Source: a virus
Taxonomy: Duplodnaviria > Caudoviricetes
Length of the DNA stretch: 64,000 nucleotides
Direction: 5' to 3' (one strand)
Virus record (IMG/VR): IMGVR_UViG_3300012344_000011
Location: 32,001-96,000 of that record
Under the pieces are notes generated by a model. It made no database searches. It saw only the letters and a list, made by a program, of their open reading frames with translations, and was not told the origin of the DNA. The stretch's first letter is position 1. The number at the start of each line of letters is the position of its first letter. Both the position numbers and the translations under genes were made by a program. Positions 11,619 to 20,577 of the stretch are shown in pieces.

Positions 11619-11632
11619 AAAGGTGATAGTTT

Positions 11633-14600
11633 ATGAAAGTAATCAAACGAAACGGCGATTTAGTTGATTATGACTTAGAAAAAATTTCAATTGCTATTAG
11701 TGGTGCTTTTGAAGAACTGGGGTCGGTTTTTGAAGATGCTAAGATGCTAGATGAAATCAATTCTAAAATTGAATCAACAAAATCAAAACAAATTTCAGTA
11801 GAAGATATTCAAGATATAGTTGAAGAAGCGCTCTGTAAAAACGAATATGTCAATGAAGCAAGAGCCTATATCAGATATAGGTATAAAAGAGAATTAGTTA
11901 GAAAATCTAATACAACAGATCAGTCTATCAAAGAATTGCTTGATGGCAATAATGAATACTGGAACAAGGAAAATAGTAACAAGAATGCTAAATGGGTTAC
12001 AACACAAAGAGACTATATCGCAGGCATTACTTCCAAAGATATTGCTCGGAGATTTATTTTTCCAGAAGACGTTGTAAAAGCACACGATGAAGGTGTTATT
12101 CATATTCACGATATGGATTATGCTGCACAAAATACTCTTACCAATTGTTGCTTGATCAATCTAGATGATATGCTACAAAACGGAACAGTTGTTAATGGTA
12201 TTACTATTGATCGTCCACATAAACTTTTAACGGCGATGACAATTGCTACTCAAATTATTGCTGCTGTAGCATCTAGTCAATACGGTGGGACAACTATTAC
12301 ACTAACACATCTAGCTCCATTTGTTAGAGACAGCTATAATAGATATTTTGAAAAATATCAAGAATGGGGAATGGATAAAGAAAAAAGTATTGAGTATGCT
12401 GAAAAAGATGTAAAAAAAGAAATTACAGACGCAATTCAAACTCTTAATTATCAACTCAATTCACTTACAACAACTAACGGTTAATATATTGGCTGCTATA
12501 AACAGTAATGTTTATTAGAAAAGATGGTGAACTTACAAATGTAGGGTGTGCGAGAAATCGTGCTAACGGTGAAAGCTAAAATATAATGCTAATTTATAAA
12601 ATTACTAACAATATAAATAATAAAATTTATATTGGTCAAACTTCACAAACTTTTGAAAAAAGAATAAAACAATATAAAGATGATGTTCGTTCCAGACCAG
12701 AGTCAAGACCTATAATAATGGCAATAAAAAAATATGGCTTTGATAATTTTTCATTTGAAATTATTGAAGATAATATTCCAGACAGAGAAACTTTAGATAA
12801 TAAAGAAAAATACTATATAAAAATTTTTCAAAGTTTGGTTTCTCAACATGGTTATAATGTTGAGCTTGGAGGTAACGGTCCTGGAAAACATTCTGAAGAA
12901 ACAAAAAGAAAAATTGGAGAAGCTCAAAAAGGCTCTTTGAATCATATGTATGGTAAAAAAGGATTCGACAATTTCTCTTCAAAAGCTGTAATTGAAATTA
13001 CTACTAATAAAATATTTGGTTCTGCTTCTGTTGCAGCTGAAAAACTAGGCGTAAATTTTTCTCACGTTTGCGCTGTTGCAAGAGGAGACAGAGGGAGTAC
13101 AGGTGGATACGTATTTCGTTATTTAGACGAAAACAATAATCCAATTAGACCAGAGCGTCCAGCACATATAAAGTTTATGAAAGTTAGAGATAGCATTTTA
13201 GACGAATATAAATATTTATTATAAAAATTATACTATGCTAATACCGTGCTAAGTCTTGTAAAACAAGAAAAGTGTAACGACTATTCCGAGAGGAAGTAGC
13301 TTCAAGGTGAAAGTCCTTGTTGCGAAGCGCCATCCTCCTGTTTAACGCAGGATGAAGAGATAGTCTGGCTTCTACAGAAATATAGAAGGAGGCGCCGCAA
13401 GCGCCATTCGTAAGTGTAATGATGTATCTTGGAGAAACAGAAGAGTATAAGAAAGAACTATCAATGTTAATAGCAGAAATGCTTCATCAACGAATAAAAG
13501 GAATGAAAAATAAAGTTGGTGTTTATGTTGCTCCAGCTTTTCCAAAACTTCTTTATGTTCTTGAAGAAGATAATATTTCCCCTGGCACTAAATATTGGTG
13601 GTTAACAGAACTTGCAGCTGAATGTACTGCAAAAAGAATGGTGCCGGATTATATTTCAGAAAAGAAAATGAAAGAATTAAAAGTTTCTAAAGGTAAAATT
13701 TCTGGTGATGGAGATTGTTATCCTTGTATGGGTTGTAGAAGTTTTTTGACACCAGATCGTTCTGGAAATGGTTTCAATAATATTGCAAATGCAAAAAACT
13801 GGGATGGAAAACCAAAATACTATGGGCGGTTGACAGCCTAATTGTTAAGCCGCCGTTAAACTGTGTGAACGTAAGAAAAAACGGTGTGGGAAATATTCCT
13901 GCTAACGGTGAAAAACTTAATGTCAACACCGTGCCAAGTCTTATTATAACTAACTAATTGATTAATTGGAGTTGATTATAATGCAAAATATAATATATAT
14001 CAAAGATAAACAATTTAAACAATTTCGTAATACAAAATATTATTGTAGTCAGGATGGAGAAATTTATTCTGACTGGTCACAAAAAATATTAAAACACCTC
14101 TACCGTGAGAGCGGCAACAAAAAATATGCCTATGTAGATATTAATTTTGGGCAAGGACAAAAGCACGTACCCGTTCATAGGATTGTATATGAAACTTGGA
14201 TTAGACCTCTAAAAGAAAATGAACAAGTTAACCATTTAGACGACAATTCTTTGAATAACAATATTAATAATCTTTATGTTGGAGATCAAAAAGAAAATAT
14301 TCGTGATTGTTTCAAAAACGGGCATAGAATTGGTAATTGCTGGATACTAACAGTTTTTGATAAAAAAGAACAAAAAACAATTACTTTTTTTCCTGCGAAA
14401 GATTTTATTGAATATAGTGGTCACTCGTGTCAAAATGGTGGGGTGTCAAGAATGTTTACTCGAAATTGGTTCAAAAAAAGATATAATATTATAAGTTATT
14501 ATCTATGTAAAGATATTAACGAAAAGAAAGGTGTAACGACTATTCCTGATGAATGTAAGGAAGTAGGCTAGATTTTATCACTAGTCGAAGCGCACAGCTA

Positions 14601-16808
14601 CTATTTGAGATAGTAGAAGAGATAGTCTAAATTAAAATTTTAATTTGTTAACATTGGCGTATCAACAGTTAATTTAGCCTATATTGGCTTGAAAGTTTAT
14701 AATGATTTTCATAACAACACAAGAACCCAAAATATTGAAAATATGTTTTTCAAAGAACTTGATGCCGCTTGTGAACTTTGTCATAAGGCACAACAAGTTC
14801 GAGCAGATAGACTCTCGCATACAAAAGCAGAAGTTGCTCCAATTCTTTGGTGTGATGGAGCTTTAGCTAGACTCAAGCCAAATGACTCATTGGAGGTATT
14901 AATCCATAACGGTTATTGTACTTCTTCTCTTGGGTTAAAATAGCGGCCCAAGTAAAAATCTTTAAATTGCGGGGACACCCTTAGAGCTTTAGCAACCAAA
15001 CCAGTATAGGGATATGCTGGTGGCGAGGTCAGCGACCAAGGTAAGGTAATATCGCTAAGGATTGGGCAACCAGACGCAGCGAAGTCTCTAGAACAGAGAA
15101 ACGTTCAACGACTATAATAAGATTCTAAGCATCGTATTTTTTATTTTATAAAAAGGGAGGTGAAAAAATGGGACTGATTTATAAAATTACAAATCCTTTA
15201 GATAACAATCGAAGTTATATAGGTCAAACCAGAGGAACTCTTGAAAAAAGATGGTATAAGCATACTACAACTCATATAAATTATGATGATTATTTTCATA
15301 GAGCTATTAGAAAATATGGGTCTGAGAATTTCATTGTTGAAGTTTTAGAAGAGAATATTCCTGAAGAGTTATTAAATGAAAAAGAAGCTTATTATATTGA
15401 AAAATATAATACTTATATTAAAAATCTTAATAGTAATGGATATAACCTAACTAGAGGTGGAGACTTTCATTTTCAAGATATTCATTGTTCTCTATCTCCT
15501 CAACAAGTAAAAGAAATTAAAGAGTTATTGAAAAATACAGATTTAGCAGAAAAAGAAATTGGTGAGATGTATGACGTTACTATTTATGCGATATCAGATA
15601 TAAACAGAGGAAAAAGCTGGCATGATGATAATATAGAGTATCCTATTCAGTTATATCAAACTAGAGAAATCACATATCAAGAATTTTGTAGTGTAATAGA
15701 ACTTTTACAAACAAATATGTTTTCTAGTCAGTGGATTGCTCAGAAATTAGATATAGGAAGCAACATTGTTTCTAAAATAAATACAGGTAAATATAAAAAA
15801 TTTTCCTATCCTTCAAATATTGCTTTTCCTATTCAAAGATATAAAAATGTTAGCAATAAAACAAAAATTACGGTAAAACAAAAAATACAGCTGCTAATAT
15901 ATTTTTTAGAAAATAATTTATCTATTGATAAACAAAAAGTAAGTCAAGAGCTTTCTATTTCTAAATCTTATATAAATAATATTATTAGAAACCAAAACCA
16001 CCCTCATTATTTAGATGATATAGCTTTTCCATTAACATTACACAATAAAGACCAAAATTTACAACTATTATATAAAAAGATAGACATTCTAAATAAATAC
16101 GATGCTTAGAATGGTATAGTCTACTCCCTTAATAAATACTAGGAAACTAGGGGTATAAAGGATGCGGGATTGTATGAATGTGTCAAAGTTATGACGGGTG
16201 AAAGCCATACTCAATCATATGGAAAACAATTTGGCTTGAAGATTATGCAATTTCTAAATGATAAATGCGCAGAGTGGAAAGCGGCTGAAAATATTGATTA
16301 TTCAGTATACGGTTCTCCGATAGAATCAACAACTTATAAATTTGCTAAAGCACTAAAAAATCGTTTTGGCATTATCAAAGGAATAACTGATAGAGATTAT
16401 ATTTCAAATAGTTATCATATTCCTGTTTTTGAAAAAATAAATGCTTTTGACAAACTCCTTATTGAGAGCGAATTTCAGCAGCTAAGCCCAGGCGGCGCAA
16501 TAAGTTATGTTGAATTACCAGATATGAAAAAGAATATTCCTGCTGTAATTGAATTGATCAAATTCATTTATGATAATATTATGTATGCGGAATTAAATTT
16601 ACATATTGATTATTGTATGGTTTGTGGTTATGATGGAGACATTCAGATTGATGATAATTTAGATTGGTATTGTCCTAATTGCGGCAATAGGGATCAAGAC
16701 AAAATGAATGTTACAAGAAGGACCTGCGGCTACTTGGGAACTAATTTTTGGAACAAGGGTAGAACGCAAGAGATCAAAGAACGTGTATATCATTTAGGAT
16801 ATGAATAA
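11633..16808 (+). CDS. nrdD: Anaerobic (class III) ribonucleotide reductase; exons 11633-12481, 13398-13830, 14648-14935, 16162-16808 (738 aa)
   Basis: ATP cone (VIKRNG), IHIHD, NCC, MGCRS, two CxxC and RRTCGYL glycyl-radical motif. Splicing restores TNG|QAPF, YGRF/NIG and SLGY/AGLYE. Confidence 0.95.
12482..13397 (+). mobile_element. Group I intron 1 in nrdD
   Basis: 5' exon ends in U with P1 CGGT/GCTG; ACGACTA and GAGATAGTC elements; terminal G 13397. Confidence 0.92.
12586..13224 (+). CDS. Intron-encoded GIY-YIG homing endonuclease (NUMOD3/NUMOD1-like C-terminus)
   Basis: LIYKITN...YIGQT, GYN, HSEETKRKI and GGYVFRY motifs. Confidence 0.9.
   Translation: MLIYKITNNINNKIYIGQTSQTFEKRIKQYKDDVRSRPESRPIIMAIKKYGFDNFSFEIIEDNIPDRETLDNKEKYYIKIFQSLVSQHGYNVELGGNGPGKHSEETKRKIGEAQKGSLNHMYGKKGFDNFSSKAVIEITTNKIFGSASVAAEKLGVNFSHVCAVARGDRGSTGGYVFRYLDENNNPIRPERPAHIKFMKVRDSILDEYKYLL
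13831..14647 (+). mobile_element. Group I intron 2 in nrdD
   Basis: P1 GGCGGT/GCCGCC; ACGACTA and GAGATAGTC elements; terminal G 14647. Confidence 0.92.
13981..14571 (+). CDS. Intron-encoded HNH homing endonuclease
   Basis: VHRIV...VNHLDDNSLNN..NNL motif; the ORF runs into the intron core. Confidence 0.88.
   Translation: MQNIIYIKDKQFKQFRNTKYYCSQDGEIYSDWSQKILKHLYRESGNKKYAYVDINFGQGQKHVPVHRIVYETWIRPLKENEQVNHLDDNSLNNNINNLYVGDQKENIRDCFKNGHRIGNCWILTVFDKKEQKTITFFPAKDFIEYSGHSCQNGGVSRMFTRNWFKKRYNIISYYLCKDINEKKGVTTIPDECKEVG
14936..16161 (+). mobile_element. Group I intron 3 in nrdD
   Basis: P1 CTTGGGT/GCCCAAG; ACGACTA and GGTATAGTC elements; terminal G 16161. The ORF is looped out of an 18-bp stem. 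Confidence 0.92.
15168..16109 (+). CDS. Intron-encoded GIY-YIG homing endonuclease with repeated HTH-like modules
   Basis: GLIYKITN...YIGQT...RW..H and GYN motifs; RBS GGGAGGTG. Confidence 0.9.
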   Translation: MGLIYKITNPLDNNRSYIGQTRGTLEKRWYKHTTTHINYDDYFHRAIRKYGSENFIVEVLEENIPEELLNEKEAYYIEKYNTYIKNLNSNGYNLTRGGDFHFQDIHCSLSPQQVKEIKELLKNTDLAEKEIGEMYDVTIYAISDINRGKSWHDDNIEYPIQLYQTREITYQEFCSVIELLQTNMFSSQWIAQKLDIGSNIVSKINTGKYKKFSYPSNIAFPIQRYKNVSNKTKITVKQKIQLLIYFLENNLSIDKQKVSQELSISKSYINNIIRNQNHPHYLDDIAFPLTLHNKDQNLQLLYKKIDILNKYDA

Positions 16809-16811
16809 AAA

Positions 16812-17285
16812 ATGAATTATATGAAAATTAAAAATTATGATATAGCAAATGGTGATGGAGTAAGAACATCTTTGTTTGTGAGTGGATGTGATTTACATTG
16901 TCGAGGATGTTTCAATAAAGAAAGTTGGGAACTAAATGCAGGGCAATTCTTTAGCAGAAAAGTAAAGAAAGAATTACTCAAAAATTTAGAACCAGATTAT
17001 ATAAAAGGATTGTCTCTCTTGGGGGGCGATCCTTTTAACCCCAACAATGTAAAGGATATAGCATTCTTAGTAGAAGATACAAAAAGGTTATTTCCAGACA
17101 AAACAATTTGGGCGTGGAGTGGATATACTTTAGATGAATTGCTTGAACGAAAAGATCAATATACAAAAAAGATTCTTGATAATATTGATGTTTTAGTAGA
17201 TGGTCAATTTATCGAAGAAGAGAAAGACTTGTCTTTAAGATTTAGAGGTAGTAGAAATCAACGACTTATTTATTTTGCAAAATAA
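16812..17285 (+). CDS. nrdG: Anaerobic RNR activating enzyme (radical SAM)
   Basis: NGDGVR..LFVSGCDLHCRGCFN, LLGGDP and FRGSRNQR motifs. Confidence 0.95.
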   Translation: MNYMKIKNYDIANGDGVRTSLFVSGCDLHCRGCFNKESWELNAGQFFSRKVKKELLKNLEPDYIKGLSLLGGDPFNPNNVKDIAFLVEDTKRLFPDKTIWAWSGYTLDELLERKDQYTKKILDNIDVLVDGQFIEEEKDLSLRFRGSRNQRLIYFAK

Positions 17286-17291
17286 TTTTGT

Positions 17292-17320
17292 TTGACAGAG
17301 AAAAAAATATATTATATAAT
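17292..17320 (+). promoter_or_regulatory. Sigma70/SigA-type promoter
   Basis: TTGACA-17 nt-TATAAT. Confidence 0.85.
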
Positions 17321-17364
17321 ATAAATATAAAGAAAATGATAATGTTACTAGAAGGGAATAGCTT

Positions 17365-17778
17365 ATGAGTACAATTTCAAATGAAACTGAAATTTCTGAA
17401 AATGGCGATTTCTCAATGGGTACTTTGTATGATTTGAATAAAGAAGCATATAATAAAGTTATGCCATATACAAAGGAACAACAAAAAGAAAATCTAGGCT
17501 ATATTTATGACTGGATTGTCAATAAAGATTGTAAATATTTGATGCTCTTGTGCAAAGAACGTAGCGATTATACTATTTTCAATTTCCAAGAGCAAACAAA
17601 TGAAAAGTATAAACGTGGAATTATGACAGACTTAAAAGAATGCCTTAGCAATAGAGGTGTATTATTGGATATTCGATATGTCCAAGAGTCAGATGCTTGG
17701 GAAATTTGGTTGCGGGCACATAGTGAAAGTTTTATGTTTATGTTATTTGAATGTAATGATTTTGTAATTGAGGTATAA
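17365..17778 (+). CDS. Hypothetical phage protein
   Basis: 137-aa ORF after the promoter, with an RBS-like GAAGGG. Confidence 0.7.
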   Translation: MSTISNETEISENGDFSMGTLYDLNKEAYNKVMPYTKEQQKENLGYIYDWIVNKDCKYLMLLCKERSDYTIFNFQEQTNEKYKRGIMTDLKECLSNRGVLLDIRYVQESDAWEIWLRAHSESFMFMLFECNDFVIEV

Positions 17779-17779
17779 A

Positions 17780-18019
17780 ATGATTGTTTTGTGTGTATTA
17801 GCAGATCCAGTGCGGCAAACAGAGTTCAAAATTTTTGATGAAGGCACATTGATTTTTAAAGATAAGTGCTGGGCAAGAGACGTTGAACAAGTTGCTCAAA
17901 AAATTTATCTAAAATATGTAGTTGATAATGTTGTAGTCACTGGTGCGACTATTTTTTCTCGGAAAATTGAAAATACTCTCAAAGATATTTTTGGAACAAC
18001 TAAGGTAAGGCGAGCATAA
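17780..18019 (+). CDS. Hypothetical protein
   Basis: ATG 17780 after GAGGT; tightly packed in the operon. Confidence 0.6.
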   Translation: MIVLCVLADPVRQTEFKIFDEGTLIFKDKCWARDVEQVAQKIYLKYVVDNVVVTGATIFSRKIENTLKDIFGTTKVRRA

Positions 18020-18021
18020 GA

Positions 18022-18312
18022 ATGATTAAAGTTTTGATCAAATCTGTAAATGAAATCAGGGTAGAGACAAAAGCAGACTGCGATGAGCTGCGAAAAGAAG
18101 TATATGCTGCGGCAAATTCAAACCAGTATAAAGTGACTGGTTGGACAGAAACTCCTAAAAACCGCAAGGAAAAGGGAGAAATTGTTGAAGAGTGGTATGT
18201 ATGTAAATATACTTTAACCTTCAATGATCAAAAAGACCCTGAGACTTATCTTAGTTCAATTGAATATAAGATGATTGGACAGGACAATGTAGAGGAGGCT
18301 TTGCCTTGGTAG
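18022..18312 (+). CDS. Hypothetical protein
   Basis: 96-aa ORF, tightly packed. Confidence 0.65.
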   Translation: MIKVLIKSVNEIRVETKADCDELRKEVYAAANSNQYKVTGWTETPKNRKEKGEIVEEWYVCKYTLTFNDQKDPETYLSSIEYKMIGQDNVEEALPW

Positions 18313-18740
18313 AAGATTTAGATATTTTTATTCATTATTTGCCTGGTTCTCCTGCTTTAGAAGTGACCGATTATGGCGACTGGGTAGATTTATATTGCTA
18401 TGAAGATATTGATTTACGCAAAGGTGAATCTTGTTATATTTCGCAAGGTATCTCAATGGCTCTTCCAGAAGGATATGAAGCAATTATGGCATCACGTAGT
18501 TCTACTTTTAAGAGATATGGTATTCTTCAACAAAATGGAATCGGTGTGATTGACAATATGTATCGCGGGACTGATGATATTTGGATGTTCCCTGCGTATG
18601 CTACAAGAGATATTCATATCAATAAAGGAACGCGAATTTGCCAGTTTCGTGTTCAGAAAAAGCAGCCTAAACTAAATTTTATTTCTATGCAGTCTCTTGG
18701 AGAAACTAACAGAAATGGTTTCGGAAGCAGTGGTGTCTAA
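18306..18740 (+). CDS. dut: dUTPase (trimeric type)
   Basis: DWVDL, SRSS, GVIDNMYRG, RICQ and RNGFGSSG motifs. Confidence 0.92.
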   Translation: MVEDLDIFIHYLPGSPALEVTDYGDWVDLYCYEDIDLRKGESCYISQGISMALPEGYEAIMASRSSTFKRYGILQQNGIGVIDNMYRGTDDIWMFPAYATRDIHINKGTRICQFRVQKKQPKLNFISMQSLGETNRNGFGSSGV

Positions 18741-19219
18741 TGATTTTGCTTAGTTTAGATCAGGCATTAAATACTACAGGCTGAGCTATTTTTGATAATA
18801 ACAAACTAATTGAAAATGATTCTTTCAATATAAAAGCAACTGCTCCAATAGAAGTAAGACTTGGTAGTTTTTGAAAGACGCTAAATTCTTTATATGAAAA
18901 ATATAATTTTGATTATTTAGTCTTTGAAGATATTCAGAATCAGAATAATAATGAAACATATAAAAAGTTAGCTTACTGCCAAGCAACAATATATCTTTGG
19001 TGTTATTTTAAAGAAATAAAATGTTCTATTATGGCACCCAGTCATTGGCGATCAATTTTAGATTATAGTTTTGGTCGCAAAAGAGAAGAACAAAAAAAAG
19101 CCGCAATGAATCTTGTGAAAGAAAAATGCGGCTTGAGCGTTTCTTCAGATGAAGCAGATGCTATTTGTATAGGTCTTGCTTATTTGCAAGAAACATCTAA
19201 AAATAAAAGTGCTTTCTAA
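18740..19219 (+). CDS. RuvC-like Holliday junction resolvase, 2 TGA=Trp
   Basis: MILLSLDQALNTTG(TGA)AIF, VFED, PSHWR and DEADAI motifs; TGA at 18782 and 18872. Confidence 0.88.
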
Positions 19220-19245
19220 CAATAAAATATAGGAAGGAGGAATTG

Positions 19246-19413
19246 ATGGAGTGCTTTAGTTTATCTGCTCTAAAACAGATTGAGCAAATTCTCTTTTCAT
19301 ATGAATCCTCTTATGATCCAAAGATTCCTCCTTTTTGTATTAAGTATGGAAAAGATTATTACTTTTATGAAATAAAAGAAATATTTGGTAAGTATAGAGT
19401 TATTACTAGATAA
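19246..19413 (+). CDS. Small hypothetical protein (55 aa)
   Basis: Strong RBS AGGAGG, ATG 19246, TAA four nt before the tRNA. Confidence 0.55.
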   Translation: MECFSLSALKQIEQILFSYESSYDPKIPPFCIKYGKDYYFYEIKEIFGKYRVITR

Positions 19414-19417
19414 AAAT

Positions 19418-19514
19418 GTACCGCTCGCCTATTGGTATGGCCCTGGTCTTCAAAACCAAGAGTTGGTGGGGTCCAAACTCACCAAGCAGAGTTCGATTCT
19501 TTGGCGGTACGCCA
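19418..19514 (+). tRNA. Opal-decoding tRNA, anticodon UCA, long variable arm
   Basis: Acceptor GTACCGC/GCGGTAC, G73, encoded CCA; D stem GCC/GGC; anticodon loop CT-TCA-AA (TCA at 19450-19452); T arm CAGAG-TTCGATT-CTTTG. Confidence 0.92.
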
Positions 19515-19570
19515 AGCTAATATTTGGATAATAACGTAGGTTTGATGCTTTTTTTAGAAAGAATAGAAGA

Positions 19571-20524
19571 ATGAACATAAAAGATAGATTATTACTAACT
19601 TCGATTTTTGAAGATAATGAATGGTTAGATAAATATTGTGAATTAGTTGATAAGAAAGAAAAAAAGAGAAAAAATTTAGATGAAAGAATACAAATACACC
19701 ATATTCTTCCACGATATTATTATAAACAACTTGGTATTCCTATAGACAATTCTTTAGAAAATACCGTTGAGTTATCATTCAATCAACATATATTGGCGCA
19801 TTATTTTTTATATAATTGTTCTTTAGGAGGTATGAAGCAAGCAAATTTAGGTGCTTTTGCTCTTCTAACAGGTGGCAAGCGAATCAAAAATTTTGATGCA
19901 ATAGACCTGAAAGAACAAAAAGAAACTTATCAAAAATGGGTTGATAGTCTATCTAAAAGTGTAATTTGCTTAGAGACTAAAGAATTTTATTCAAGTGCAA
20001 AAGAAGCTTGTAGAAGAACAGGCATTGATTATTCTTCTATTTCAAAATGTTGTAAAGGAAGAAAACTTACCGCTGGTGGTTATCATTGGAAATTTTTTGA
20101 AGACTATAATAATAATATCGAAATAGAATATATAGGTGGATATAAAAAACGTAAAAAAACAAAAAGACAAGAACCAGCACTACCAATCAAAGTAATAAAT
20201 TTAGACACTAATAGAGTATATGATAATGTTCGCCAAGCTGGGAGAGAAACTAACACTAATGAGTCTTGCATAAGAGATGTTCTAAAGGGGAAATGTTGTA
20301 CTGCTGGTGGATACAGATGGCAAAGATATGAAGATTATCTTGCAGGAAAAACTGTTGATACATCACGTAAAAAAACCAAGCCAGTAAAAAATGTAGAAAC
20401 GAATGCCGCTTATCCTTCTATTGCAGAAGCGTCTAGACAAACGAAAATTGACAAAAGTCAAATAGCAAGATGCTGTAGAGGAGAAAGCAAAACAGCTGGT
20501 GATTATCATTGGGAATATGCTTAG
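19571..20524 (+). CDS. Free-standing HNH-type homing endonuclease with three NUMOD1-like repeats
   Basis: IHHILP...N.V.L....H..AH motif; three V.C/N.ET....S...A......I..CC.G...TAGGY.W repeats. Confidence 0.85.
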   Translation: MNIKDRLLLTSIFEDNEWLDKYCELVDKKEKKRKNLDERIQIHHILPRYYYKQLGIPIDNSLENTVELSFNQHILAHYFLYNCSLGGMKQANLGAFALLTGGKRIKNFDAIDLKEQKETYQKWVDSLSKSVICLETKEFYSSAKEACRRTGIDYSSISKCCKGRKLTAGGYHWKFFEDYNNNIEIEYIGGYKKRKKTKRQEPALPIKVINLDTNRVYDNVRQAGRETNTNESCIRDVLKGKCCTAGGYRWQRYEDYLAGKTVDTSRKKTKPVKNVETNAAYPSIAEASRQTKIDKSQIARCCRGESKTAGDYHWEYA

Positions 20525-20528
20525 ACAT

Positions 20529-20572
20529 AAAAAAATGGGGGAGTACACTTCAAAAGTGTACTCCCTTTTTTT
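20529..20572. terminator. Bidirectional intrinsic terminator between the convergent halves
   Basis: GGGAGTACACTT-CAA-AAGTGTACTCCC flanked by A and T tracts. Confidence 0.9.
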
Positions 20573-20577
20573 ATATT

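Noticed and set aside
4924-16808. Inteins or separate split genes for dnaE and nrdD
   Set aside because: The insertions contain TAA/TAG stops and frame changes, and show P1, P7 and terminal-G features of group I introns.
19418-19514. tRNA-Sec / selenocysteine system
   Set aside because: The fold is 7/5 with a 3-bp D stem, not the bacterial 8/5 with a long D stem. TGA sites match Trp rather than Cys motifs, and no selA/selB/selD is in the window.
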